A stretch of 54,431 nucleotides of DNA, counting the filler, from Diploschistes diacapsis (lineage: Eukaryota): the NCBI GenBank assembly GCA_023645945.1. It is 5 parts of 5 records of this genome, joined end to end, with 100 filler letters (N's around TTAATTAATTAA, not from the genome) between each part and the next. Parts side by side here need not be neighbours in the genome. Positions count along the whole stretch, not along the records: positions 21,846 to 32,646 come from JALAIB010000888.1; positions 32,747 to 43,545 come from JALAIB010000889.1; 3 more parts are not named here. One strand, 5' to 3'. This document shows positions 25,033 through 36,790 of the stretch, in pieces. A model generated the notes under the pieces. It had not been told where the DNA came from, searched no databases, and saw nothing but the letters and a program-made list of their open reading frames with translations. The stretch's first letter is position 1, and each line of letters starts with the position of its first letter. The position numbers and the translations under genes are program-made.

Positions 25033-26451
25033 GCCGGCTGCTGTGTCCTGGAGAGAGTATAAGTGGAAGACAAGTTAAGTGCAGGTGGTAGAGAAGTTAT
25101 TGACCTTATCGGAGGAGCTAGAAGGCTTAACTTGTTTGCCGTGCTGGCCACGATTGTTTGGATGCATCGTCAGGACCTGGGACTTGTTAATATAGTGAGG
25201 AAAAGTGTACACACGTCTAACCTTTCTGACGCTTGGCCCCTGTCGTCCGAGAAGATATGGAAGCTGAACCTTGTTTCGCTTACAATCGCTTGTTCTCGCC
25301 GTCTATGCCCTCAATGTCACTATGATTAAGAAGAACAGACTTGTTCCGTCATCGACCGTGATGTGCCAGTGACGTTAATGCAAGAAAGAGAGAAAGAAAG
25401 ATACAAAGAGAAGGAGGATGAGGGAACTTGTGTCGTCTTCTACCTGTTCTCAAAGATGCGGTGTGGTCGGTTGGAAGGATTATCGTACCGTCAACTGTTG
25501 ACACGCCGCCGCCGAGGTTTGTGAAAGAAAGAAGCGAAGAGAAAGAAGAAAATCGGCCTTGCTTATATAGTGAGGGGAAAACGATGCGATGAGGGAAGCA
25601 AATTAGCCGTGTAGTGAACGGGGAAAGCGAACACGAGTCCGACCTTCGCGGCGCGCTGCACCCGTGGTCAGGAAGAGTCAGGGATGAACCGTTTCGCCAG
25701 CGACCATCCTTGCCGGCTTGCGCCTGTGGTCATGAAAAGGCCCGGGACGAACTGGCTCGCCAGCGACGACCACCTGCGCGGTTTCGCCCGCGGTTGAGAA
25801 GATGTCTGAGGACAACCATGTTCTATCATCGGCTCCTGATAGACGTGCGGCCGCCACAGGTACATGCAAGAGGACGACTTGCGGTCCTGATATGTGCGTG
25901 CTGCAAGCTACTTTTTGAGCCCAGTTAGATAAAGCCTTGATGTCGTGCTGCAGCCGCGGTTGCTACGAGGGTCTCGTAATGGGACTGCTTTTCTGGATGA
26001 ATGACCTTATATGTTGTTGGGGGATGTTTTACACATTTAGTACACTCTTTGTTGCTTTCCAGTCCACCTAGTTTTTTGCCCTGCTATGTATGCAGTCATC
26101 CGATCAGCAGCTGCTTTTACCAGGTACTGAGAAAGGTGGCCACACGTGGATAGGGTAAGTTGGAGTTCGGAGTACGATAATGCCACCAGCTAATGCTGAA
26201 AACAGTTGGACGGATAAAAGAACAGATATCACTCTTTTTCGAGATCTCAAAGATTCACCATGAATCGATTATCTGGGTGAAGTCATCGAAACGCATTACA
26301 AGACTCTCGACACTCTAAAAAGCGCGTTAGAAGAAGAGTAAGTCAATTGATAACTTAACGAATACAGAGGCTATGAAGCCGGGTATCTTACGGTGCCAGG
26401 AAATAACTAATTGAAAACCAGAAAAACCAGAACGCCTAGCTTTTCATTACC

Positions 26452-28387
26452 TCATTGCAGCGTTTCGCCTTGTATTAGAGGCGCGGGAACTGGACGCTTG
26501 AATGGGTGTGCTTCGGTATTGCTAGAAGCAGAGTCAGCTAGCCACCCCAAGGAATGATTTGAGGAGGAGACGTGGCAGCACTTACAGCACGAACTTGTCC
26601 AAGCTCACGAGATCGGGCCCCGAGAACAGCAGGTAAAAATACTTCAGCGTCTCCGCCAGCCAGAAGCTCTCCATGCGATCCTCCTTCTGTGGCTTGAAGG
26701 GCGGCCTGACCGTTACGTCGTGGATGGCCGAGTTGCCGAAGCTTGTGGCCGTATTTCGGTCTATCGCCTCAAACATGCGCCATCCAGCTTCCAGCAATTC
26801 CTTGTTACCGGTGAGACGATACAAAACGAATATGCTCTCAATAGCTTCTGGTCTCAGGATATACTTCGTGTTGTCAATGGCGGTGTACCCCGGCTCAAGG
26901 CCCCTTTCCTTGATTAGTAGGTTTATCTTCTCCTCGGGCACCAACTCTTGAACATCCTTGTCGGTAATGCGCTGACGTTGCAATATGCCCTCATACCATT
27001 TGTCCCGGTCGTAATTGCAACTTTGAGCGTCCTCGCAGGGTACCACATGGAAGACTTCTGGCATGATACCCGTCGGCATGCTCTCGTATGCCCAGATGCA
27101 TCCGTTCACCAGCCTCTGAGCAATTGGTATATCTTCAGACTCGGTACCGAACACCTTAGCAGCCAAGGCAACCATTCCACCTGCGAAGCAGCCAAGATGC
27201 TGCCCTTCTGGCGCGCGCGTGAGCTTGTTTCGACGCGTATCCCACATAGCAACACCTGGGAGGAGCACATCGGCTGCGGCAACTGGACTTGACGGCCGAT
27301 CCACCGTGTCTGCGAATGGATCCGTGGACATGGCCTCCCGGCGACTGTGTTCAGCTTCTAAGGGATTGGGAACCATCGGTCGGAAGAAGATGACGGACTT
27401 CATGGCTAGCAAAGCGCGCTCGTACATTGGTTTATAGAAGCTGATAGTGCCACCAAGCAGCATGTACTCCTTGGGCAGATACTCGTACACTGAGTCGGCC
27501 ATGCCGCCTATAGTGAAATGAGTACCCGTAAAGGTGAGCGCCTTTGCATTTACTACAGTCGGCCACAGTCCTGGGACTTTGGTATTGCGCTGTGATCGCT
27601 CGAAGGCTTGCATAATGGTATATACCGCATCGTAATACTTACTATCGCTAGTCAGCTGGCTCAAGCGGGTGAACTCGAGAGTCAAAGAGCCGAGCTCTGC
27701 TACCAAGGCTGTGTCTGAGGCTTCCTGAAATTCACCGGAAAGAGCAGCACCCCAGTTCCAACGAGTAACGGGCATGCGGTTAGGGGTATCGAAAGCTTTG
27801 TAGAGGAGCTCACCAACCTCAACGGCCTTGATGAGAAGAACAGGGTATGCGCCATCAGAGATATCGTATGCTCCTAGGTAACCACCTAAATATCTGATGG
27901 TAGTCTCGAAGACGTTGATGGTCTCTGAATCGGAATGGCTGAAATCGATCGTTGCAGAGGCATTCACGGCAACTTCAAACTCCTCCTTCATGCCCATTAT
28001 CCAAAGGGTGTCCAACGAATCCACCAATGTTGCTCCCCACCCCCCAAATGTTGTGGCATAGCTGCCTGCAATGGGTTGAAGCTCATCTTTGAGCCATGCA
28101 TATTGCTTGTACCCTGACCATGCCCGCTCAAGAACCTCTTTCACCTGCGCTCGTCGCAGCTCTCTGATATCCCTGTCCGAGTCCGTTTCAACGCCGAATT
28201 TGAATTGAATATCTATGAAGTCCCTCGGCTGCGTTGTCGGGAGCTTATTGACATACCGGGGGCCAAAGCGCAGACCGGCAGGCCTAAGATATGTCGACTC
28301 GTTGAGCCGGCGGAGCAGCCATGCTAAGGTCAACAAGGACAGTAGGAATATCGCTGTGATATACCATCGCCTAGGAAGTCGAGTCAT
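26452..28387 (-). CDS. Class I alpha-1,2-mannosidase (GH47), type II membrane protein
   Basis: N-terminal TM segment; GWGATLVDSLDTL, VFETTIRYLGG, ADSVYEYLPK, HLGCFAGGM, LRPEAIES, MESFWLAETLKYFYLLF. Terminal intron 26585-26522 gives the conserved L|NTEAHPF ending, stop at 26452. Confidence 0.96.
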
Positions 28388-28637
28388 GGTGTGGAATGTC
28401 AGAGTAGAGAGGTAGGCGACACCACCACGTTGTTGTTGATATCACAAGCCATTGTGAACTACGTCTTGCGATTCCATATGCGGCAAGAACAATCAACGTT
28501 CCGACTCCACCACCTTGGCCAGCCAGCTGGTTTTGGCGGCTAGCTCAGCGCATTAGCAAGACTTCAATCTCTTGGTAAACAAGTTGAACACAAGCTGTCT
28601 ATTAAGTACTAGGAATCTCGCCTATACGCTCTTCAGG

Positions 28638-29998
28638 ATGAAGCCATTCGACAGTGCAGTATGACGTCGGTAGTTTTAAGCCGAGGTTCTGCAGGTAATC
28701 AAGCGGTTCTTCCAAGATGGACTATAAGTTCGCCCTTTACATCAGTAGTAGATGCTTCTCGTGCCTGTGAGCAGGTGTCTCGCACATGGCTGCAGTGTAC
28801 AATAGCCTGTTGGTTTGTGGCCCGTTTAGTGTACTGCAGCAATTGGGCTTATACTTGCCAGGATGCCTTCGACCTCTACCATCAGTGGAACGAGAGAAAA
28901 CGGACTTTATCTGCCGAGTACGGCACGCCCGATCTTCCTGCATTGGGTCATGCTTTTGCGGGCTCAATTGGGGCTTCAGTCTCCAACATTGTCACCTATC
29001 CTCTGGCTGTGATCATTACTCGGCTACAGGTTCAACGTCAGCTGCGGAGGAGCTCTACTGTTCAAGAAGCAGATGAATACAGATCTGTTCAGGACGCCGT
29101 ACTAAAGATCTATCGACAGGAGGGCTTAAAAGGCTTCTGCACTGGTCTTGTTGAAGATACATTGAAGAGCGCGGCTGATTCGTTTCTGTTCTTTCTGGTA
29201 TACAACTCCTTGCGGCAAGCGAGACTCAAGTCCAGACAAAGAAAGCAGCATCTGCCTGTCCTTGACGAGCTCAGTGTTGGCTTTCTAGCTGGGGCACTGG
29301 CAAGATTTTGCACCATGCCTATTTCGACCATCGTGACGCGCATGCAGACAACTTTAATGGTTGCAAGTCGATCTACGGGCACTAAAGCCGAGACCATATC
29401 ACTTCGTTCAATAGCAAAGCAGATACAAGCTGAGAAAGGCGTTAAAGGATTCTGGTCAGGCTATTCAGCGACACTTGTCTTGACCTTGAACCCCTCTTTG
29501 ACATTCTTCTTCTTCGAAAACCTGAAGCGAATCACGTTACCTCATAGCAAGCGCTCGGAACCTGGGCCAGCAATAACATTCTTCATTGCGGCACTGAGCA
29601 AGGTCTTGGCTTCTTCTATCACGTATCCATTCTCTCTTGCCAAGGCCCGTACCCAAGCGTCGACGAACTCTGCCAAGTCCAACAAGAATAGCAAGGGCGC
29701 AGATGCCGAGAAATCAAGAATCGCGCAGACGATGTTCGATTCTGCTGCTATGAGTAATCACAAAACGCTAGACCGAACCGTGCTCGGCACGATATTGCAC
29801 ATTGCTCGCACAGAAGGCGTAGCTTCGCTTTACGAAGGCTTAGAAGGGGAAATTCTGAAGGGCTTCTTCAGCCATGGAATCACCATGCTGATGAAAGATG
29901 CCGTTCACGGATTGATAATTCGACTCTACTTTACCATCCTGAGACTCCTTAATCGATACCCTGGGCCGGACAAGCTTGCGCAACTGGCTAAAGATTGA
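28638..29998 (+). CDS. ANT1: Mitochondrial carrier family protein, probable peroxisomal adenine nucleotide transporter (Ant1-like)
   Basis: Three carrier repeats with Px(D/E)xx(K/R)xR-like motifs (YPLAVIITRLQ, MPISTIVTRMQ, YPFSLAKARTQ); ALGHAFAG; GFWSGYSATLVLTLNPS. Probable short first exon at 28638-28658 and intron 28659-28861; the start is inferred. Confidence 0.82.
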
Positions 29999-30656
29999 GC
30001 ACAGGATGCGTTAGAGTTCGTACAGGATCAGGGCCAAAAGGTTACCGAAGCCGTCGAGAATATCACAGCGAAAACAGAAACGGCTGTGCTTGGAAAATGA
30101 CCAGATCTTCCTCGACATAAAAGAAAAGGCCCGGGCGCGCTTGAAGTGTCTGATGACTTCATCAAGGGAAGTAGGTGAGATCTATAGCCACAAAGCATTC
30201 GATGGCGTTGACTTCTCAGCTCGACATCTACCAATAGTGCAAATATTTGGGGAATGCTTTGAACCTTACACACCTAGATCAAGGAGAGAAGCTGCGCCGA
30301 TAATCTGGCTATACAGGAACGAAGCTACAAAGCTGCTGACAGGTGGTAAGAGCCTGAGGAATGCTTTAAGCTATTGCATTCAAAGTAGGGAGAGAAAGGC
30401 CAGGACAATCTGCCCGCAAACGGCTTCAAGAGGTCATTGGCGCAGCTTTAGGCAATCCATAGCAGCGATCATTCACCTTGAGGAATCATAGCCTGACCGC
30501 GAACCTTTCAGACTTAAGTGAACAGTCAGATGGCAGTACTCTATAAGCGACAGTCTTCTAACTGGTCGGATTCATGCCACCATGCGACTACGATTGCCTA
30601 ATTTCTCGAGGCTGGAGCTTGACACTCAAATTAGCTAAGGTCCTTCGGCCACCTCA

Positions 30657-31625
30657 ATCAGCCCTAGATGGTTGCTGCAATGACCCATCAAGAGTTTCTT
30701 TTGGGAAAGACAATAATTCATTCGCAGTTCGGTCATATAGTGCAGATTAGCCACTATGTCCTTCAACAGAGCTGAGGTATCGAACAAGATGCATGCCTCC
30801 ACTGTAATTACCTTTGGATAGTTTCTCGTAACCAGTCTTCTTTTGATCTTTAACATCAACATGTGTCACTTCGAGTTTTTCACCAATGGCCTCTTCGAAA
30901 GAGACGACTACTTGGTTCGAAGCGACTGTGAAATAAGCGATATACAGGTATTTGTTGGCTGTCTTTCCGGGATAAGCGATGCATCCTTGACTGGTAGGCC
31001 GATGGTCTTTCGCGAGGTAGTGTACCATTTACCATTCTCATCATTGAAGATGATGGCTCTGTGTTCCTTGACGTCAAAGCCCGTGATGCCCATTTTTAAA
31101 ATATTAGCGCCTACCAAGGGAAGCCCACCGACTGGATGGGGTAGGTTCAGGAAAAGAAGTTCACATATGTCAAAAGAACGGCCCTGGCGCAAGGCTGTTC
31201 AGTCCAAGCCCTCCTCCTTTGCCTTCATTAAACCTAAGCATCAGATAATGGAATGTTTGAAGGACGGCATCAGGTCCCTGCCATTTTCCTTAAACGTATC
31301 GGTGCCAAACTCGAAGGGCACGAAACGCTTGACGCCGGCCTTGAGCGCCGCGTCGATCACGGGTTTCTGCTGGCCGATGCCTTGGATGGTCACCGTTGCG
31401 ATGACCACGTCTTGGCATTTGAACGCCGCGACCAATCCGGCTTCCGGGTAATCATCTACAAATGTCGTAGACTGTAACGTGGGAGGGAATGTCGATGTGG
31501 AAGATTGACGGGTGAGAGCCGAGATGTCGAAATAATGAGGCTCGGTTTCGAAGGCGGAGAGAAAAGATGGAGCCGAGGCGACCGCCAGCACCAACTATCA
31601 TAAAATCCTGGACGGAGGAAGTCAT
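30657..31625 (-). pseudogene. NmrA/isoflavone reductase-like oxidoreductase pseudogene
   Basis: MTSSVQDFMIVGAGGRLG (Rossmann GxxGxxG), then a frameshift near 31565; QDVVIATV, IDAALKAGVKRFVPFEFG. In-frame stops at ~31241, ~31200 and ~30747, and a second frameshift near 30965. Confidence 0.85.
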
Positions 31626-32646
31626 GTTGAAGGTCTCGAATTCTTGCTTGAAGAGGAAACGCTATACGATTGCTAAGATGCTACCGGTGCTCAATGTCCC
31701 CCCTCCCGCCCATCCTGCCCGTCCTGCCCGTATACCTTCCAAAGCCCGCGATCATTGCTTCGCAGAACACAAGGCGGCAGTGTCCATGCCAATGACTTCT
31801 CTCTGTGTATATGGGCGATCGGGAACGTCGTTGTGCTGTAATGAAACTCCCGAACTCCAGATATGATAACTTAATGGAAGCAGGAAGAGCGTATCCATAA
31901 GGGACCGGGGCTTGAGAAATACAAGCAATAATAAATACAGTGAGGTGCCAAAAGTAGTTAATTGCCCCCCATTTCTCACCAAAATCGATTAACTTTATAC
32001 GCAAATATCTTCCCCAGCAATATGCCAAATGGAAATTTGAAAACATTATAAAGAACTTTAAAGCATTACACATACAGGAATTTGTTTCCCGAATTTTCTT
32101 GAATTTTCCTTCAGTGCCCAAAGATGGGGGGGGTAAACACTGAAGCAAAATGGTCCCCACCATTTTCTTTAAATATTCTAGCAACGTTTTCGCAGAGACA
32201 TAAGGGCTAAAAAACAGTGACTTTTTTTTAAAAAAAAAATGAAAAAAAAAAATTGGGGGGAATCTAACTACTTTTGGCCTAATGCTGTAGCCTTATCTAA
32301 TCCCCCCGACTGATGCTCCAACCGTACAGCTGGCTAAGGGACTCTCTTTACATACATAGCCCGAAACGCACTTCCCCCCGATGAGTGCATCTCAGCTCTG
32401 GACATCCCAGGGTATCGATGCATGTACGACTGACTGACTGAGTTCGGCCAAGTTCGGATCTGATGCCCATCTACCCGTAACAGACAGACGGGAGCTGTGA
32501 AGCACATGCATGCATCCCATCCATCGGGAGAGATAGGTGCAGCGACGTCGTGTCCTTCTCCAATAACTAGACGCACGCGGCGCGACCCTGCCTGGCTTCT
32601 TGGCTTGGCGACGGGATGGAATAAGGCGCGGAGAGGAGAATAAGGG

Positions 32647-32746
32647 NNNNNNNNNNNNNNNNNNNNNNNNNNNNNNNNNNNNNNNNNNNNTTAATTAATT
32701 AANNNNNNNNNNNNNNNNNNNNNNNNNNNNNNNNNNNNNNNNNNNN
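32647..32746. other. Artificial contig spacer
   Basis: N44-TTAATTAATTAA-N44. Confidence 0.99.
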
Positions 32747-32962
32747 GGGGTATAGGGGCTGGATAGGGGGTGTGGTGACTGCTTTTTGGGGGCCATATTG
32801 GGGCGCAGAGGGCTTCAAAGCCCTAATCTAATCAGTTTTGAACTTTTACGGCATTTCTACATAGAGATTTGGCCTCCCATATAGTTATTTAGGCGGATCC
32901 AATCCGCGTTTGCTTTGAAATCAACTTTTTGTGATCTACATGGATGCATCGGAGATGGCACG

Positions 32963-33522
32963 CTTGTGACGCAGTGTAGCTCGTATATGTAATGCATACT
33001 AATTACTATGGGAACTAGATATGAGCTAAACAGCTTGGCAGACACACTATATGTGACCGGGGTGGGGAGCAGGTGGTGCTCCCGAATCGCCCTGGGATTT
33101 CTTGAAAGACATGTTTATCTGCCGCAAAACACTTTCAAAAGAGTACAGCCCCACGAAGCTTTGAAAGAGTTTCTTTGCGTTGTGCAAAGAGTTAGAATGA
33201 GGCCTAACGCACATATAGAAGTGTATGATGGGCATTTCACTGTTTGACTTGATAGCGTACACAAGCCACATACGCTCCTATCAGACAGCCTAAAAAGCGA
33301 CGCATTAAGCTCTAAAATGAGCTCTTAAAGTGTATGGAAGAAAATGAGATTCAAATTATGTAATACATTATCATCACATAGATCGTTAATATTATTTAGA
33401 TAACCTTCTTGCGACAGTGTCAGCTGTGGCTCGTATATGTAAAACATACAAATTACTAGATATGAGCTCAACTACTTGCAGGCACACTATATGTGGAGAG
33501 TGAGCGAAGCAGGTAGTGCTCC
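32963..33522 (+). repeat. Imperfect ~115-bp direct repeat pair (copies ~32963-33082 and ~33408-33522)
   Basis: Shared blocks in the same order: GCTCGTATATGTAA, CATAC.AATTACTA, CTAGATATGAGCT, CACACTATATGTG, AGCAGGT.GTGCTCC. Confidence 0.85.
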
Positions 33523-34367
33523 AGAGACAACCGGGCATAGTTCGGGAGAGCTTTGGGAACTTAACAAGCTTGTATCAAAGACCAGACTCACTCATTCATG
33601 GTTGGGCAATCTTTGAGGTTATAGGTTTCATAGCAAGTATCGTCAATGGCTTATCAGCCTACTGGGGGTCTCCCCGGAGATTCTCAGGCCAATTACAGGT
33701 GAAAAAACGAAGAGCGTTGTGATTATGCAAAAGGACCAAGCGACAGACCCTATGCAATGAAAAGTCCAAAATATCCCATTTCCTTTTATCTACCTATCAT
33801 CTAAGCATGTAGCAGTCATCTCGCCCACTTCACCAACTCCAACCACTCCTCTTCCCCCCCTAACGTCCTCACAGACGCCCGTCAACCTCTTTTTCCTCAG
33901 ACGTCCCGCCATCACGACTGCCCGTCCCTCCTCCTCTACAGCGCCTTCCCCTCACCCCCTTCTCCACACCCAGCTATCCAGCGTCGATACTCAACGAGTT
34001 GCACGCCGGCAGCCTACAGTGCCGCTAAGAAGGGGGCAGATGAGGAAAAGCAGGAGGAGGGAGCTCGCTGTACCGCAAAGCGCATACAGAGCCCGAAAAA
34101 TGGGACTTTTTTGGGGCTCCACCTGAACGCGCGGATGGGGGGAGGTGCTTTGCAACAGGGGAATGAGAATCGAAAACTGGTGAAGTAGATGACAGAAAAA
34201 GTAGAGGGAATGAGTCACAATTACCGACGGTCGCGTAGGCATATAGAAGCAAAAGGTACAGACGCAACCACTTCACCTCACTTCACTTCGCTTCGCTTCG
34301 CTTCGAGGGGTATCTAAAACGCGCTTTAGCTCCGCAGTACCACCCGTACAAGTAGTATCATTAGCCA

Positions 34368-36332
34368 TCATCGGAACCCAACCCTCTTCCCATCTCTCTG
34401 CCTCTCAGTTGGTGTCGACGACCACACCCCCGCCGGCGGCGCCTCGTCCATGTCCGCTAGTAAGCGGCCCAGCCCTTCGATGTCCAGCATCCCTTGATCG
34501 AGCATCATCTGGTCCTCGTCCTCTCCGTTTGAGCGATCTCTTGGCCGGATAAGCGCGTCCACCATGGGGACCAGGGGCGCGCCGCTCCGCAACCTTTCGT
34601 TTTCGACAAGCGGAGTTGTGGAAATCGTTAGGCTCCGTTCCGCAGATACAAGGATGTCGAAGTTCTTGGCAGTTGTAGCGGAGGCAGGATCGTCGGATGG
34701 GAATGCGCACACAGAGGTTCGTAGCTCGGCGCTATGTGAGATGGTGGGGACCTCTCGGATCTGCCCGCTTGCACCGCTTGTGAAGAGAGTACTAAGTCCC
34801 TTGAACTTGCTTTGCCAGTGTGTTCGGAGGCTAGGAATCATGGCGATGCTGTCGCCATGCCAGATTGTGAGCCATTCGTCGCCTTCGGCGCTGAGTACGG
34901 ACCCGCTGGTGAGTCGGACAGAGATGCCACCGCGGTTGCTGAACGATTCGACGTTGCTGAAGAGTGCCTCTTGGCGGAGCTTGCGCGTGCTGGGGGTCAT
35001 AGGTGCGAGTTGAGATCGAGACTCGGGTCTCGTGGTGGAGGTCTTTATGTTGGTAGCGCTTTTGATAGGGTTACCTATTCTACCACTTAAGGTGAAGGGT
35101 GTGGGTTTAGCACCGGATATTGTTCGGTTACTGGAGCCAAGGGCCATGTCCCAGATGCCCCATTCTCCTTCGGCGGTAAGAACGGCGACTGCCTTTCCGT
35201 TCATTACCCAACGGGCGTCAAGGACAGAAGCTAAGTTGCTTGAGCGGAATGAGGAAGTGGGAGGTTGTAGAGTAAAGGTCCAGCGTCCCTGGTCAGAAAA
35301 ATAAGGTGAATTGCACTCGAAGATCCGTACCGGCCCTCTAGATTCGGCAATGAGGAGGCGAGGAGTCTGCGAGGTAGATGAAGAAGGTGATACATAGAAG
35401 TCAATGCTAGATGCGGGTGATGCAAGTGGGCGCGACCGCCAAAGGATAGATCGAGCGGGGCTTGTATCCAGTGTCATGCCATCTTCTGATACTGGTATGC
35501 GATGAACTAGAAGCATACCCAGAAGGTCAGCGGAGTGAGAGGCTAGAAGCACATCGCATCCAGCTTTCTCATTCTCGTCACTCATGTCGTCCTCACTGTC
35601 TTCCCCCTCATTTCTGGTGACAGAGTAAGGGGCAAAGGCAACCGCGACCCCTCTTGGTAGAGTCTGATGAGCGCCTGGAAGTGTAACCAGTTCCTCTCCC
35701 CAGGTGCCATGCCCAGCTGTGCATAGGGAAGGAACGTCAAATAGCCGCTTGCTAGATACCAAGGCTGGTGAAGGGGGTATGAGTGGGAGCGTGAGCAGAC
35801 GTACGCTGCCATCGGCACAAGCCAAAGCCACGACAAGTTTGTGAGTCAGTAGTGCAGGCTCCAGGGGGTGCGACTCGGGCTTCACCAGTTGAGGGAGGCG
35901 CGGAAAAGCCAGATGCAGAACAGCGGTTCCCAGTGGCAAGTCTAGATGTTGTATTATATCGGCATACGGCCTTGACAAGTCGTGTTCTTCCTCCTCATCT
36001 TCAAATTCCGCCAGAGCGCTTTCCGCAGCGTCCGGGTTCTCACTGCCATCAAGACTGATCACTCCTGACGAAGATTCATTCCTCCTAAGCTGGCTGTTGG
36101 GCTGTCGCTTCCGCTTGAACGGTCGACCACCCCTCCATAATATCAAGAGCCCTTGCTCATGGCCGCAGAGAATGATTTTCGAGCCATTGGGCGCGGAAAG
36201 TGGGTATACGTTTGCAGTGTGAACATGGTAGGGCAATTCGTATCTAACTGGTTGTTAGTTTCATGGAGAGCTTCAACTGTTGGAGTACCTTAGATGCAGC
36301 AGGCTGTCTGCCCGTTTTATTCTAGGCTTCAT
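34368..36332 (-). CDS. NUP37: Probable nucleoporin Nup37 (filamentous-fungal beta-propeller type)
   Basis: N-terminus YELPYHVHTANVYPLSAPNGSKIILCGHEQGLLILWRGGRPF resembles fungal Nup37 as I recall it. WD-like blocks (LACADGSVRLL; GEWGIWD). Short first exon 36332-36289 and 45-nt intron 36288-36244. Confidence 0.75.
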
Positions 36333-36790
36333 CTTGAGCTTGATGGACGACGCGATATCGATGAGTAGGTCGTAAGTGATTAAGAACGGGAATCTGGCAC
36401 AGCACGTGATATGAACTCTACAATCGTACAGACGTTACTTTTCAGTCAACGAAAGCTAGAGTTCCTAATGAGTGACGATAAAGAAAAGAATGCTACGCGT
36501 CTTGAATGTCTGAAAGCTATCTAATCATCTATGGATCAATGATAAGAATCTCTCCACGCGATAAGTTCATGTCTTCTAGACCGTCCTACTTGAGTAAATG
36601 TTCAACATTCATTTGTATCTTAAGAGTTGATGCTTCTTTTCGTCTCTATCACCATATCTTACTACTAATTTGCGTTGGCAGCTTTCGCAGCATCTCCAAA
36701 GTTCAAGAGAACAGACACAGTATCTTCACGAAAATCACCGTTCTTAACAATATGTACAGCGAACATGGCACACCCAAAGTATTACTCTCA

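Noticed and set aside
31870..32300. AT-rich stretch with long A/T homopolymers and a 167-aa minus ORF
   Set aside because: Looks like low-complexity or low-quality sequence near a contig end; no transposase motif.
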